Source of the DNA: an uncultured Thermoleophilia bacterium
GTDB lineage: Bacteria > Actinomycetota > Thermoleophilia > UBA2241
NCBI GenBank assembly: GCA_963739595.1
Contig: CAVUBA010000005.1
Coordinates: 24,631-88,630, forward strand
Length of the DNA: 64,000 nucleotides
Direction: 5' to 3'
Shown here: piece after piece, positions 33,055 to 42,794 of the stretch
Layout of the letters: every line of letters begins with the position of its first letter
Numbering within the stretch: the first letter of the stretch is position 1
Notes under the pieces: model-generated
Database searches by the model: none
Seen by the model: only the letters and a program-made list of their open reading frames with translations
Told to the model about the DNA's origin: nothing
Position numbers and translations under genes: made by a program

Positions 33055-34027
33055 ATGACCATTGGGGATTCCTCCAGTCACAGTCAGGGGGAGTTGACGG
33101 CCGCCGGGGCGGGTCTTCCCGCCCCGGCGGCCGGGCGCCCCGAGGCGATCAAGGCCATACCGATCCGTCACTGGGGCCGCTGGATCGGCGCGGCGGTCGT
33201 CGTCTATCTCGTTGTGGCTCTTGTCTTCTCGTTCATCAAGAACCCCAACGTGGATTGGCCGGTGGTCTGGGACTACCTGTTCAAGCCGCTGACGCTGCAC
33301 GCCGTATGGGTCACGCTCGAACTGACGTTCCTCTCCATGGTCATCGGCGCAGCCGGTGGGGTCCTTCTGGCCGTCATGCGGCTCTCGGACAACCCGGTCC
33401 TTTCCTGGATCGCCTGGGTCTACATCTGGTTCTTCCGCGGCACCCCGGTGTACGTGCAGATCATCATCTGGGCCAGCCTGGGCGTGTTCTATCCCAACGT
33501 CTTCGCGGGCCTGCCGTTCACGGGTATCGTCTTCGGCTCGACGCCCGCCGGTCCGCTCGTGGCGCACATCATCATCCCCGCGCTGCTCGCCCTCGGCCTG
33601 AACGAGGCTGCCTACGCCGCTGAGCTGGTACGGGCCGGCATCATCTCCGTCGAGGCGGGCCAGACCGAGGCGGCGCTCTCGCTCGGCATGTCGCCCACGC
33701 TCACCATGCGCCGGGTCGTGCTGCCGCAGGCGATGCGCGTGATCATCCCGACGTTCGGCAACGAGACGATCAGCATGCTCAAGACCACCTCGCTGATCGC
33801 CGCCATCGGCGGCCTCGAGCTGTTCGGCCGGCTGCAGCAGATCTACGCGCAGACGTACCAGATCATCCCGCTGCTCGTCGTGGCGTGCATCTGGTACCTG
33901 TTCATCACGTCGCTCCTGACGATCGGGCAGAGCTACCTCGAGGCTTACTTCGGCAAGGGCTTCGGTGAGAAGGAGGCGGAGGCGGCAGAGAAGCGGGCCG
34001 CCAAGCGAGCGGCAAAGGCGGCGCCAC

Positions 34028-34035
<8 letters not shown>
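33055..34035 (+). CDS. amino acid ABC transporter permease
   Basis: Intact ORF with multiple TM helices and the EAA-type loop (...[32 protein letters not shown]...). The TAG stop overlaps the next start (ATGTCTAG). Confidence 0.85.
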
Positions 34036-34849
<814 letters not shown>

Positions 34850-35039
34850 TCAGAGCAGACAACGGCGCGAGAACGCGACGGGCGCGGGCGGCGGCATCGC
34901 CTCCCGCGCCCGCTTCACGTACGGGCCGGGCCGATCTTCGCCGCCGGGCGGCGAACGCCGGGACAATCGCGTACCCTTGGCTCAGGGATCCCGCGCGCCC
35001 CAGCGCGCGGCGGGAAACGAGCGAGAGACGGAGGCGGCC

Positions 35040-36251
35040 TTGGCCGGTGTCACGTGGAACGACTTCGGCAGTATCTGGAAGACCATCCGTGAGGTCGATG
35101 TCACGGCCATTCGCCGTGAGGCGGAACACGACGTCGTCCTCGCTTGCGTCGGCGACCGCGAGGCCCTGACGCAGGCCCACGAGCTGCTGCTCGATGGGCC
35201 GGACCTGTACCCGTCGCCTTTCGCCGCCGTGGGGTTCGTGCCGCTCGACCTGGTGCGCGAGCGCGAGCGGCTCGTCAGCGAGGCCGACCTGCTGGTCGTG
35301 ATGCTCCACGCCGACGCGACGCTGGATCCCGCCGAGGTCACCGGGCTCGAGCGGCTGGAGGCTCTCTCGCCGCGGCGGCGGCTGCTCGTGCTCGTCGGCG
35401 AGCCGGCCGCGCCCGGGCGGAGCGTGCTGCGGCGACTCGACGAAGGCCGGACGCTCGTCCTGCGGCCGCGAGCCGCGGATGCGCGGGACCGGCTTGCGGG
35501 GGCAGTGCTCGACGCTCTTCCGCCCGACCGCCGCCTCGCCGCGACGCGCCGCATCCCCGGCCTGCGGCCCCACTACGCGCACAGGCTGACCACCGAGGTC
35601 TCGCTTTCCAACGGAGCGTTCGCGGTCGCCTCGGGCCTGCCGTCGCTGGTGCCCGTCCTCAACATCCCCATCGCCGTTGGCGACACCGTGGTGCTGACCA
35701 AGAACCAGGTGATGATGGTCTACCGGCTCGCGCTCGCCTTTGGTGCGCCGCCGGAGTTCCAGCGGCGGATGATGGAGATCACCCCCGTCATCGGCGCCGC
35801 CGTGATGTGGCGACAGGTGGCCGGCGGGCTGGTCGGGCTCATCCCCGGCTATGGCATCGTGCCCAAGACGGCCGTGGCGTTCGCCGGCACCTGGATCACC
35901 GGCCGCGCCGCCGAGCTCTACTACTCCACGGGGTTCGTCTCGAAGGACGACCTGCGGCGGTTCTCGGAAGAGGCCATGGCCAGGGCCAAGGCGATGGCCG
36001 GCGAGATGGCGCGCCGTGCCCGCGAGGCGCGCGACGGCGCGCGCAAGGCAGCTGCGGGCGCGCGCAGAGTCCGGGACGGCGCGCGCCGGGTGGGCGACGG
36101 CGCCCGCAGGGCCGGCCGCAAGACCGCGCAAGTGCGCGAGAGCGCCAGGCGGCTCACGCGCGGGCGCTCGGCCGGGACGGACGCCTCGGAGGCCGGCGGC
36201 GCGCAGGCCGAGTTCCCGAGCGCGCCACCGGCTCCGCCCGAGCGGCAGTAG
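35040..36251 (+). CDS. hypothetical protein with a DUF697-like membrane-associated region and an Arg-rich repetitive tail
   Basis: Likely TTG start at 35040, 5 nt after GGAGG (the ORF track starts at 34977). Contains ...IPIAVGDTVVLTKNQVMMVYRLALAFG...GLIPGYGIVPKTAVAFAGTW... The C-terminus carries DGARR-type repeats. Confidence 0.5.
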   Translation: MAGVTWNDFGSIWKTIREVDVTAIRREAEHDVVLACVGDREALTQAHELLLDGPDLYPSPFAAVGFVPLDLVRERERLVSEADLLVVMLHADATLDPAEVTGLERLEALSPRRRLLVLVGEPAAPGRSVLRRLDEGRTLVLRPRAADARDRLAGAVLDALPPDRRLAATRRIPGLRPHYAHRLTTEVSLSNGAFAVASGLPSLVPVLNIPIAVGDTVVLTKNQVMMVYRLALAFGAPPEFQRRMMEITPVIGAAVMWRQVAGGLVGLIPGYGIVPKTAVAFAGTWITGRAAELYYSTGFVSKDDLRRFSEEAMARAKAMAGEMARRAREARDGARKAAAGARRVRDGARRVGDGARRAGRKTAQVRESARRLTRGRSAGTDASEAGGAQAEFPSAPPAPPERQ

Positions 36252-36283
36252 GCGTACCGCGCGGATGCGCAGCGGGAGCGGGG

Positions 36284-36662
36284 TCAGTCGGGCTTGAGGA
36301 GGCCGCGGCGGGCGTAGACCTCCGCGGCCTCACGCACGAGCGCGGCGCACAGTGGCGCGTCCGCTGCCTCGAGGCGGGCGGCGATGGTCTCGAGGCCGGC
36401 GGCCGTCGACCTGCCCGGCCGGAGCGCCTCGTAGATCGCCAGTAGCTCGTCGTCGGCCGGCGCGGTCAGCTCCGCCGCGCGCCTCAGATTCTCGCCGAGC
36501 TGAGGGTTGCCGTGTGCCTCGGCGACCTCGGCCTGGTAGCGCAGCGTGTCCGGATGGACGCGCAGGTCGGCGGGGGAGAGGTCGCCGCGCACGGCCGCCT
36601 CCAGCGTGAGCTCCTCGATCGGCCGGCCGCTCAGGGCACGGGTGGAGAACGCTGCCGCTCAT
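36284..36662 (-). CDS. diol/glycerol dehydratase small (gamma) subunit, PduE/PddC-like (probable frame break near 36648)
   Basis: ...DLRVHPDTLRYQAEVAEAHGNPQLGENLRRAAELTA..DDELLAIYEALRPGRST...REAAEVYARRGLL matches the small subunit. Homology (FSTRALSGRPIEELTLEAAV) extends upstream of the GTG at 36592 toward ATG 36662, which overlaps the upstream stop (ATGA). Confidence 0.75.
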
Positions 36663-39154
36663 CGCTCCACCTCCAGGTCCACCGGCGGCGCGCCGGGCAC
36701 GCTTTCGCCGCGCTCGATCGCGATCAGCGCGACGACCTCGGCGTGGTAGCGCGCCTCGATGGCCTGGTCCGTGTACGGGTTGCGCACCGGCGCCGGCCGC
36801 CGGCCCTTGGCGTGCCGGCCGGCGTTGACGCCGAGTTCCCGGTACATCTCGGCCGTCAGGAGCGGCGCGATCGAGAGGAGCTCAAGGCAGGCGAGCGGCG
36901 CGAGCCCCTTCTGGTGGATGAGCGCCGTGCCCTTCGCCTGCAGGCCGACGGCGACACCGGAGCCGGCGAGTTCCGCAGCGGTGAGTCCGATCACCCCGAG
37001 GTCGACCGTGGACGGCACGCGCACGATGCGGGCCACGCACCCCTCGGACTCGATACCCTCGATGATGGCCGCGAGCGCGTGTCCGACCGGCAGTCCGGAC
37101 ATCGTGAACCAGAGCTTGGTGCCGAGGGCTGGCGAGACGCCGATGCAGACCTCGCGCCGGTCGGTACCCGGCCGCGCGGCGCCGCGGGCGACCAGCCTGA
37201 GCGCCGCAGGCGGTGGGACGTGTGTGCGGCGGCGAGTGGCATCACGTGTGGCGCCACTGGTGGGGTCATCCGGGTGGCCGCTGGTGGCGCCGTGGGTGTC
37301 GCCATGAGCGTCGCCACGGGCGTCGCCAGTCGTGGGAGGTTCAGGTGCCCCGGCGGCGTGACGCGCCAGCAGGTCCGCGCGCGAGCGCTGCTGGCGGATG
37401 GCGGCGATCTGCTCCAGCCGCGCCGCCGGGACCTCGTAGCCGGTGCCGGGGCCCTGGTAGTCGTTCGGGTCGGTGACCTTGGAGAGGCAGTTCATCTGCT
37501 CGTCGAAGATCGCCGCCGTCTGCAGGTAGTCGCCGGCGATGCGGGCGCGGCCCATGGCGAGCACGCGCCTCGCCTCCTCCTCGTAGCCCGTCGCCCAGAG
37601 CGCTCGGACGACGTCGAGGATCCCGAGCTGCCGGTCCATGATGGCGTCCGACGCCGCCGGGATCGCCTGCGGGTCTGGCGGCGTCACGTCCTTGGAGCCC
37701 TCGGCGTAGACGACCTCATCGACGTGGTCATCGGTGAAGTCAGCCAGTCCGAGCTCGCGGTAGACGGCCAGGCACGCGCGAGCGGCGCGCTCGCGCACGG
37801 CGCGCACCTGGTCTTCGGTGACCGGGCGCAAGGCGCCGTCGACGCCCCAGTCGCGCTGGAGCACCAGGTAGTCGTCCAGGTCTTCGGCGTTGAAGTTGCT
37901 GGGGCCGAACATGTTGTCGTAGCGCGGGACCGAGCCGAAGCCGGAGAAGAGGAAGTCCGAGCCGGCGAGGAACAGCGGGACGGTGTGGGCGGTGCGGCGC
38001 ATGTCCGACTCGGAGACGAGCGCGTCGTTGCCCGAGCACGACTCGAGGTCGCGGAGCATGACCAGCAGGTTCTCGGCGAGGAGCTCGCGCATGCCGTCCG
38101 GGACGCAGCCGACGACGCTGGCGCCGTCGATGCCGCCGTTCTGGACGCCCTGGGCGCCCATGGCGCGCGCGAGCGCGACGCAGCGCGACTCGAGGCTGAA
38201 CATCGAGCGGCCCTCGGCGGCGCCCATGAGGGCCTCCGCGCCGCCGCCGCTGGTCACCCGCATCTTCAGGCCGCGCGAGGCGTAGGCGGAGCAGAGGAAC
38301 GCCTTGGACCAGGGCGTGTCGTCGCCGTCCATGAAGACCTTCTCGGTGCCGTAGAGGCTCACGGTCTCGGCGTAGGTGGTCAGCCCCCTGAGCCCGAGGT
38401 CGAGCTCGAGGGCCTCCTCGACCGAGCACTGCGTGAGCGCGCCGGCGGCGCCGACCTGCGAGCCGATGAGCACGGCGAGGGCGTTGGACGGCGCGTCGGC
38501 GTTGACCGGCACGGTGGTCTCGACCTCGCGGAAGCCGTAGGCGACCGCGGTGGCCGCGTCGGCGGCGAGCAGCAGCGGGTCGTCGAGCCGGTTGGTGACG
38601 TGCGCCTGGTTGCTGGGCGTGCGCCGCACGCGGAGCTTGCTGATCGCCATCTGGAGCTCGACCGGGCGCAGGAGCGCGACGACGCGGGCGAGCTTCTCGG
38701 GCGTGGCGCCCCCGGCGAGGCGGACGACGTCCGCGCGCGGCGCGGCGGGGTCGACGATCAGGCGGGCGAACGCGATGTCGTCGAGGGCGTTCGCCTCCTC
38801 GGCCACGTCGGCGTCGAGGCCGCGCGCGGCGATGAAGGCGTCGATGAGGTCGAACTCGGCGGCCGCGCGACCGTCGAGCTCGGTGACGCGGCCGTCCGCG
38901 TCGAGCGCGACGGAAGGCTCGGGATCGTTCGCCGAGGCGAACGCGACGAGCCCCGCCTCGTCGTCCCGCTCGGCGAAGCCGTCGAGGTTGACCGGCCGCG
39001 CGTCGAGGCCGGTGAAGCGGCCCAGCCGGCGCGGACCAACGTCCGGATGATCCCGTTGGCGCCCTAGGTCCGTCACGGCCTCTCCGGCTGCATCCACGCC
39101 CATCGTCGTCTCTCCGGCGTGGTCTGGTTCGGGTGTCACAGGCGTCTCAGTCAC
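36659..39154 (-). CDS. B12-dependent diol/glycerol dehydratase, large (PduC-like) and medium (PduD-like) subunits in one 831-aa ORF
   Basis: GTG 39154 follows GGGGAG. Collinear with the large subunit (RPVNLDGF...RRTPSNQAHVTN...LTQCSVEEA...DDTPWSKAF...SRGLKMRVTSG...NDALVSESDMRRTA...YDNMF..SN..AEDLDDY). A Gly/Asp/His/Thr-rich linker follows, then the medium subunit (EVCIGVSPA...EGCVARIVRV...GSGVAVGLQAKGTALIHQKGL.PL..LEL...). No in-frame stop lies between them. Confidence 0.85.
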   Translation of the reverse strand: MTETPVTPEPDHAGETTMGVDAAGEAVTDLGRQRDHPDVGPRRLGRFTGLDARPVNLDGFAERDDEAGLVAFASANDPEPSVALDADGRVTELDGRAAAEFDLIDAFIAARGLDADVAEEANALDDIAFARLIVDPAAPRADVVRLAGGATPEKLARVVALLRPVELQMAISKLRVRRTPSNQAHVTNRLDDPLLLAADAATAVAYGFREVETTVPVNADAPSNALAVLIGSQVGAAGALTQCSVEEALELDLGLRGLTTYAETVSLYGTEKVFMDGDDTPWSKAFLCSAYASRGLKMRVTSGGGAEALMGAAEGRSMFSLESRCVALARAMGAQGVQNGGIDGASVVGCVPDGMRELLAENLLVMLRDLESCSGNDALVSESDMRRTAHTVPLFLAGSDFLFSGFGSVPRYDNMFGPSNFNAEDLDDYLVLQRDWGVDGALRPVTEDQVRAVRERAARACLAVYRELGLADFTDDHVDEVVYAEGSKDVTPPDPQAIPAASDAIMDRQLGILDVVRALWATGYEEEARRVLAMGRARIAGDYLQTAAIFDEQMNCLSKVTDPNDYQGPGTGYEVPAARLEQIAAIRQQRSRADLLARHAAGAPEPPTTGDARGDAHGDTHGATSGHPDDPTSGATRDATRRRTHVPPPAALRLVARGAARPGTDRREVCIGVSPALGTKLWFTMSGLPVGHALAAIIEGIESEGCVARIVRVPSTVDLGVIGLTAAELAGSGVAVGLQAKGTALIHQKGLAPLACLELLSIAPLLTAEMYRELGVNAGRHAKGRRPAPVRNPYTDQAIEARYHAEVVALIAIERGESVPGAPPVDLEVER

Positions 39155-39237
39155 CTCAGTGCTCCCCTACCCGGTGCGTCTACGAGAGCGGCGCCGCGAG
39201 TCTGTGCACGACCGTGTCGAGGGCTGGGCTTCGTGCG

Positions 39238-39762
39238 TCACCCTTTGACGCGCCGCCCCAGGTCGACGGTGAAGTAGCGTCTGCCGTCGTTGCTGACGGC
39301 GATGCCCACCCCGATGTCGCGCAGCCGCGCGGTGAGCAGGACGGCCCGATGCGTCGGGCTCGACATCCAGAGCATGACGATCGCCTGCGGCGTCGCGGCG
39401 ACTGAGTCTATCGTCGCCCTGGCCAGGGTCTCGCCCGCCGTCCACCGCGTGCAGCCGCTTGTCGTGTAGCCGAAGTGGCGCACGCGCGAGCCGACAGTCC
39501 AGCCGATGGCGCTGACATGGCTGAGGAGCCTGCGCTGCGCCAGCTCGCTCGCGTGCGAGCGGGCCGCGCGTGTCAGGGAGGCATGGAAGGAAACTCCGGC
39601 GAGCCCCCTCACGCTGCGTTCATGGTTCACGGCCGCGATGACGAGGCGCTCGCTCTCGGTCGGCGTGGTGGCCGCCTCCGCCACGACCGGCAGCAGCGCG
39701 CAAGTCAGCGCCGGCACGCCCAGGGCGAGGGCAAGAAGGATGATGACGAGGGCCTTTCTCAT
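39238..39762 (-). CDS. secreted CAP/SCP (PR-1-like) domain protein
   Basis: ATG 39762 follows GGGAGG. Signal peptide (MRKALVIILLALALG...), then ...AAVNHERSVRG.....SHASELAQRRLLSH....MLWMSSPTHRAVLL....IGVGIA... Confidence 0.7.
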   Translation of the reverse strand: MRKALVIILLALALGVPALTCALLPVVAEAATTPTESERLVIAAVNHERSVRGLAGVSFHASLTRAARSHASELAQRRLLSHVSAIGWTVGSRVRHFGYTTSGCTRWTAGETLARATIDSVAATPQAIVMLWMSSPTHRAVLLTARLRDIGVGIAVSNDGRRYFTVDLGRRVKG

Positions 39763-39977
39763 GGGCGCCTCCCGATGGTCGCTTGCCGTGACGCGGCACG
39801 CCACGACCGTGCCTTGGGTGTCCTTGAGAGGGGAGAAGTAGCCGGGACCGTCCCCTGACGGCAGCGGTTTCGGGGCACGCTACACGCCGGCCGGCCTGTT
39901 GTCTACCCGGGGGACGGAGAATGGACGAGGGGCTGCCGCGACGTACACTCTGGGTGACAGCGACCCAGGAGCAAGGC

Positions 39978-40679
39978 ATGACCCAGGACCAGGACGTGAC
40001 GCCGGCGGAGCGTCTGCCGGAGGACTTTCACGTGTACGTCGACTCGCGCTTCGGCTTCAGCGTGGCGATGCCCAAGCGCTTCGAGATCCTCCCGGACACC
40101 ATCGACCCTCTCGCGCGCACCATGCGCAGCCTCCACGATCTGACGACGGAAGAGGAAGTGGAGCAGCAGTCCCAGTGGCCGATCGGCTTCTGGGACCCGG
40201 ACGTGCTCGGCGAGATGGAGGATGGGAGCCTGCAGCCGCTCCGCCTGTTCGAGTTCGAGGCCATCCGCGGGCGCGACGAGCCGCTCAGCGACGAGCAGGC
40301 CGAGCGCATGTGGATCGACATCCAGGGGTTCATGCCGGAGACCCTGGCGAGCGGGGAACTGCCGGGCTACGAGTACCTCGGGGCGAGCGAGGTGCTGCTG
40401 GGCGACCTGCCCGCGCTGGCGTTCGACTACCGCTGGGACGGAGTGCGCCCGGGCTCCTTCGGCGGCGACCGCGCGCGCATCGTCTGGTCGCTGGGGCCGA
40501 TGACCATCTACCACGTGTACCACCACTGCTCGGGTGAGGAGTGGGAGGCGCGCCAGCCGGAACTCGACGCGATCCTCGCGTCGTTCGAGCTGCTGCAGCA
40601 GGGTGAGGGCGGGGAAGAGGCGGCGCCGGGCGAAGACGAGGCGCCCGACGGAGACGAGGCGCCGCCGAGCGCAGACTGA
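39978..40679 (+). CDS. hypothetical acidic protein
   Basis: ATG 39978 lies 6 nt after AGGAG. 233-aa product with an acidic low-complexity C-terminus. No family recognised. Confidence 0.5.
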   Translation: MTQDQDVTPAERLPEDFHVYVDSRFGFSVAMPKRFEILPDTIDPLARTMRSLHDLTTEEEVEQQSQWPIGFWDPDVLGEMEDGSLQPLRLFEFEAIRGRDEPLSDEQAERMWIDIQGFMPETLASGELPGYEYLGASEVLLGDLPALAFDYRWDGVRPGSFGGDRARIVWSLGPMTIYHVYHHCSGEEWEARQPELDAILASFELLQQGEGGEEAAPGEDEAPDGDEAPPSAD

Positions 40680-40695
40680 GCGGCGGCGGCCGGGA

Positions 40696-42417
40696 CTACG
40701 CGGTCGCGCCGCGCAGGAAGGCGTCGACGCCGGCCGCGACGGTGTCGTAGAAGCGGTCCTCGCCGACCAGGCGCATGATGCCGTTGCGCTCGAAGTCGTG
40801 GATGAGGGGAGTCGTGGCTCTGGCGAACGCGATCTCGACGCCGGCCTCGTGGAGTTCGGGGATCAGCTCCTTGAGCATCGCCGCCGCGGTGGTGTCCATG
40901 CGAGGCACCGCGCCGACGTGCACCAGCAGCTCGCGCACCGGTGGCGACTGGTCGAGCGCCAGCGCGCGGACCGTCTCGCGGAACCAGCGCGCGTTGGCGA
41001 AGAAGAGCTCCCCGTCGGTGCGCAGGATCACGAGTCCGGGGAACGTCTCGCAGTCGGGATGGTCTTCGATGCCCCGGTAGCGCAGGCGCTCGTCGTCGAC
41101 CGCTCCGGGCGCCCGGCCCAGCACGGCGCTGGTGGGCCGGTAGGCGCGATAGACCAAGGCCAGCATCGAGATGATCACCGCTATGGCCAGCCCCATGAGC
41201 AGCCCGAACACCAGGACCCCGGCGAAGCAGAGGATGGCGAGCACGAAATCGGTCGGGTCGGACCGGCGCAGACGGCGCAGCGCCCCAACGTCGACCAGAT
41301 GGGAGACTGCGGCGATGACGATCGCCCCCAGCACGGCCTCCGGCAAGTCGTGGAACAGCGGCATCAGGAACAGCATCGTCACCACGAGGAAGCAGAACAG
41401 GACGATATTCGAGAGCTGCGTCTTGACGCCCGACGAGTCGGCCACCGCCGAGCGTGAGAGGCTCGCGTCGACGGTGAACCCCTGCAGCAGCCCGGCCCCG
41501 AGGTTGGCGACGCCGAGCGCGATGAGCTCCTGGTCGGCGTCCACCTCGTAGTGGTGCCTGGCGGCGATGGCGCGCGCGCCGGCGACCGACTCCGCGAAGC
41601 AGATCAGCGCAAGGGCGAACGCGTCGGGCAGCAGGTCGATCACGTCCGAGAGTCTGAAGCTCGGGAACGTGAGCGACGGCAGGCCGTCGGTCATCGTGCC
41701 CACGATCGCCACGCCGTGGTCCTGCAGGTCGAAGATGGCGACCACGGCGATCCCGAGCACGACCACGACCAGCATGGCCGGCACCTTGGGCGCGTACGCG
41801 CGCAGCACGAAGATGATCGCCAGCGCCGCGACGCCGATGACCAGCGTCAGCAGGCTGGCGCCGCCGAGCTCGGGGATCAGGGCGCCGAGCTTGCCGAAGA
41901 ACCCGGTGCCGCCGCCCTCCACGCCCAGCAGCTTGGACAGCTGCCCGACGCCGATGACCAGGGCGAGGCCGGCGACGAAGCCGGTGAGCACCGGGCGCGC
42001 GAAGAAGTCGGCGACGAACCCGGCGCGCGCGAGTCCCGCGGCCAGCAGCAGCGCGCCGACCAGCAGGGCGAGCAGCGCGGAGAGGGCGATGAAGCGGGTG
42101 GAGTCGCCGAGCGCGACCTGCGCGACCGCGGCCGCCGAGTACGCGGCGACCGCCGAGCTCGGGCCGACCGTGAGCTGCCGGCAGGTGCCGAACACCGCGT
42201 ACGCGAGCAGCGGCGCCAGGGCGGCGAACAGGCCGGTCGCCGGCGGCAGGCCCGCGAGCGAGGCATAGGCGATGCCCTCGGGCACGAGCACGGCCCAGAC
42301 GGCGGCCGCCGCGATGACGTCCGGCCGCAGCCAGCGCCGCTCGTAGCGCGGCAGCCAGTGGCGGATGGGCAGCGACGGCGGCTCCAGCCGGTACCAGGTC
42401 ACGAACCGTCTCGCCAC
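40696..42417 (-). CDS. SulP-family anion transporter with C-terminal STAS domain
   Basis: Intact 573-aa ORF. SulP-like N-terminus (...GIAYASLAGLPP..GL...), many TM helices and a STAS-like tail (...ELLVHVGAVPRMDTTAAAMLKEL..EL...GVEIAFA...). Confidence 0.9.
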   Translation of the reverse strand: MARRFVTWYRLEPPSLPIRHWLPRYERRWLRPDVIAAAAVWAVLVPEGIAYASLAGLPPATGLFAALAPLLAYAVFGTCRQLTVGPSSAVAAYSAAAVAQVALGDSTRFIALSALLALLVGALLLAAGLARAGFVADFFARPVLTGFVAGLALVIGVGQLSKLLGVEGGGTGFFGKLGALIPELGGASLLTLVIGVAALAIIFVLRAYAPKVPAMLVVVVLGIAVVAIFDLQDHGVAIVGTMTDGLPSLTFPSFRLSDVIDLLPDAFALALICFAESVAGARAIAARHHYEVDADQELIALGVANLGAGLLQGFTVDASLSRSAVADSSGVKTQLSNIVLFCFLVVTMLFLMPLFHDLPEAVLGAIVIAAVSHLVDVGALRRLRRSDPTDFVLAILCFAGVLVFGLLMGLAIAVIISMLALVYRAYRPTSAVLGRAPGAVDDERLRYRGIEDHPDCETFPGLVILRTDGELFFANARWFRETVRALALDQSPPVRELLVHVGAVPRMDTTAAAMLKELIPELHEAGVEIAFARATTPLIHDFERNGIMRLVGEDRFYDTVAAGVDAFLRGATA

Positions 42418-42794
42418 GCTTACGTCCTCCTCGTCGTTCTACGGGTGGGGAGGGCCCCCGGCGGCATTCTACGTCGCGCGGTGCGTCTAGCGGTGCACCA
42501 TGGTGATCACGGCGTCCGATTCCGCGGAGCTCGGGTTCCATGCGAGGCCGGGGATGGCGAGGCCGCCGCCGCAGGCGGCGAGACTCTTGCCGGAGAGAGA
42601 ACGACCCACCTGCATCTGCACCTGCTCCCAGCGGAGGCCGCCGGAGCGGCTCACGCGCGCTGCATACAACCCGCCGATGCCGCCGGGGCTGCCGTTGGCG
42701 AAGGAGTAGGTGCCCCCTGCCCAGCAGCCGCCGGCTTGATCGGCGACGACACCCTGGAAGCAGGCCCCGTTCGCGTCTGCATCGGCGCGCAGCG

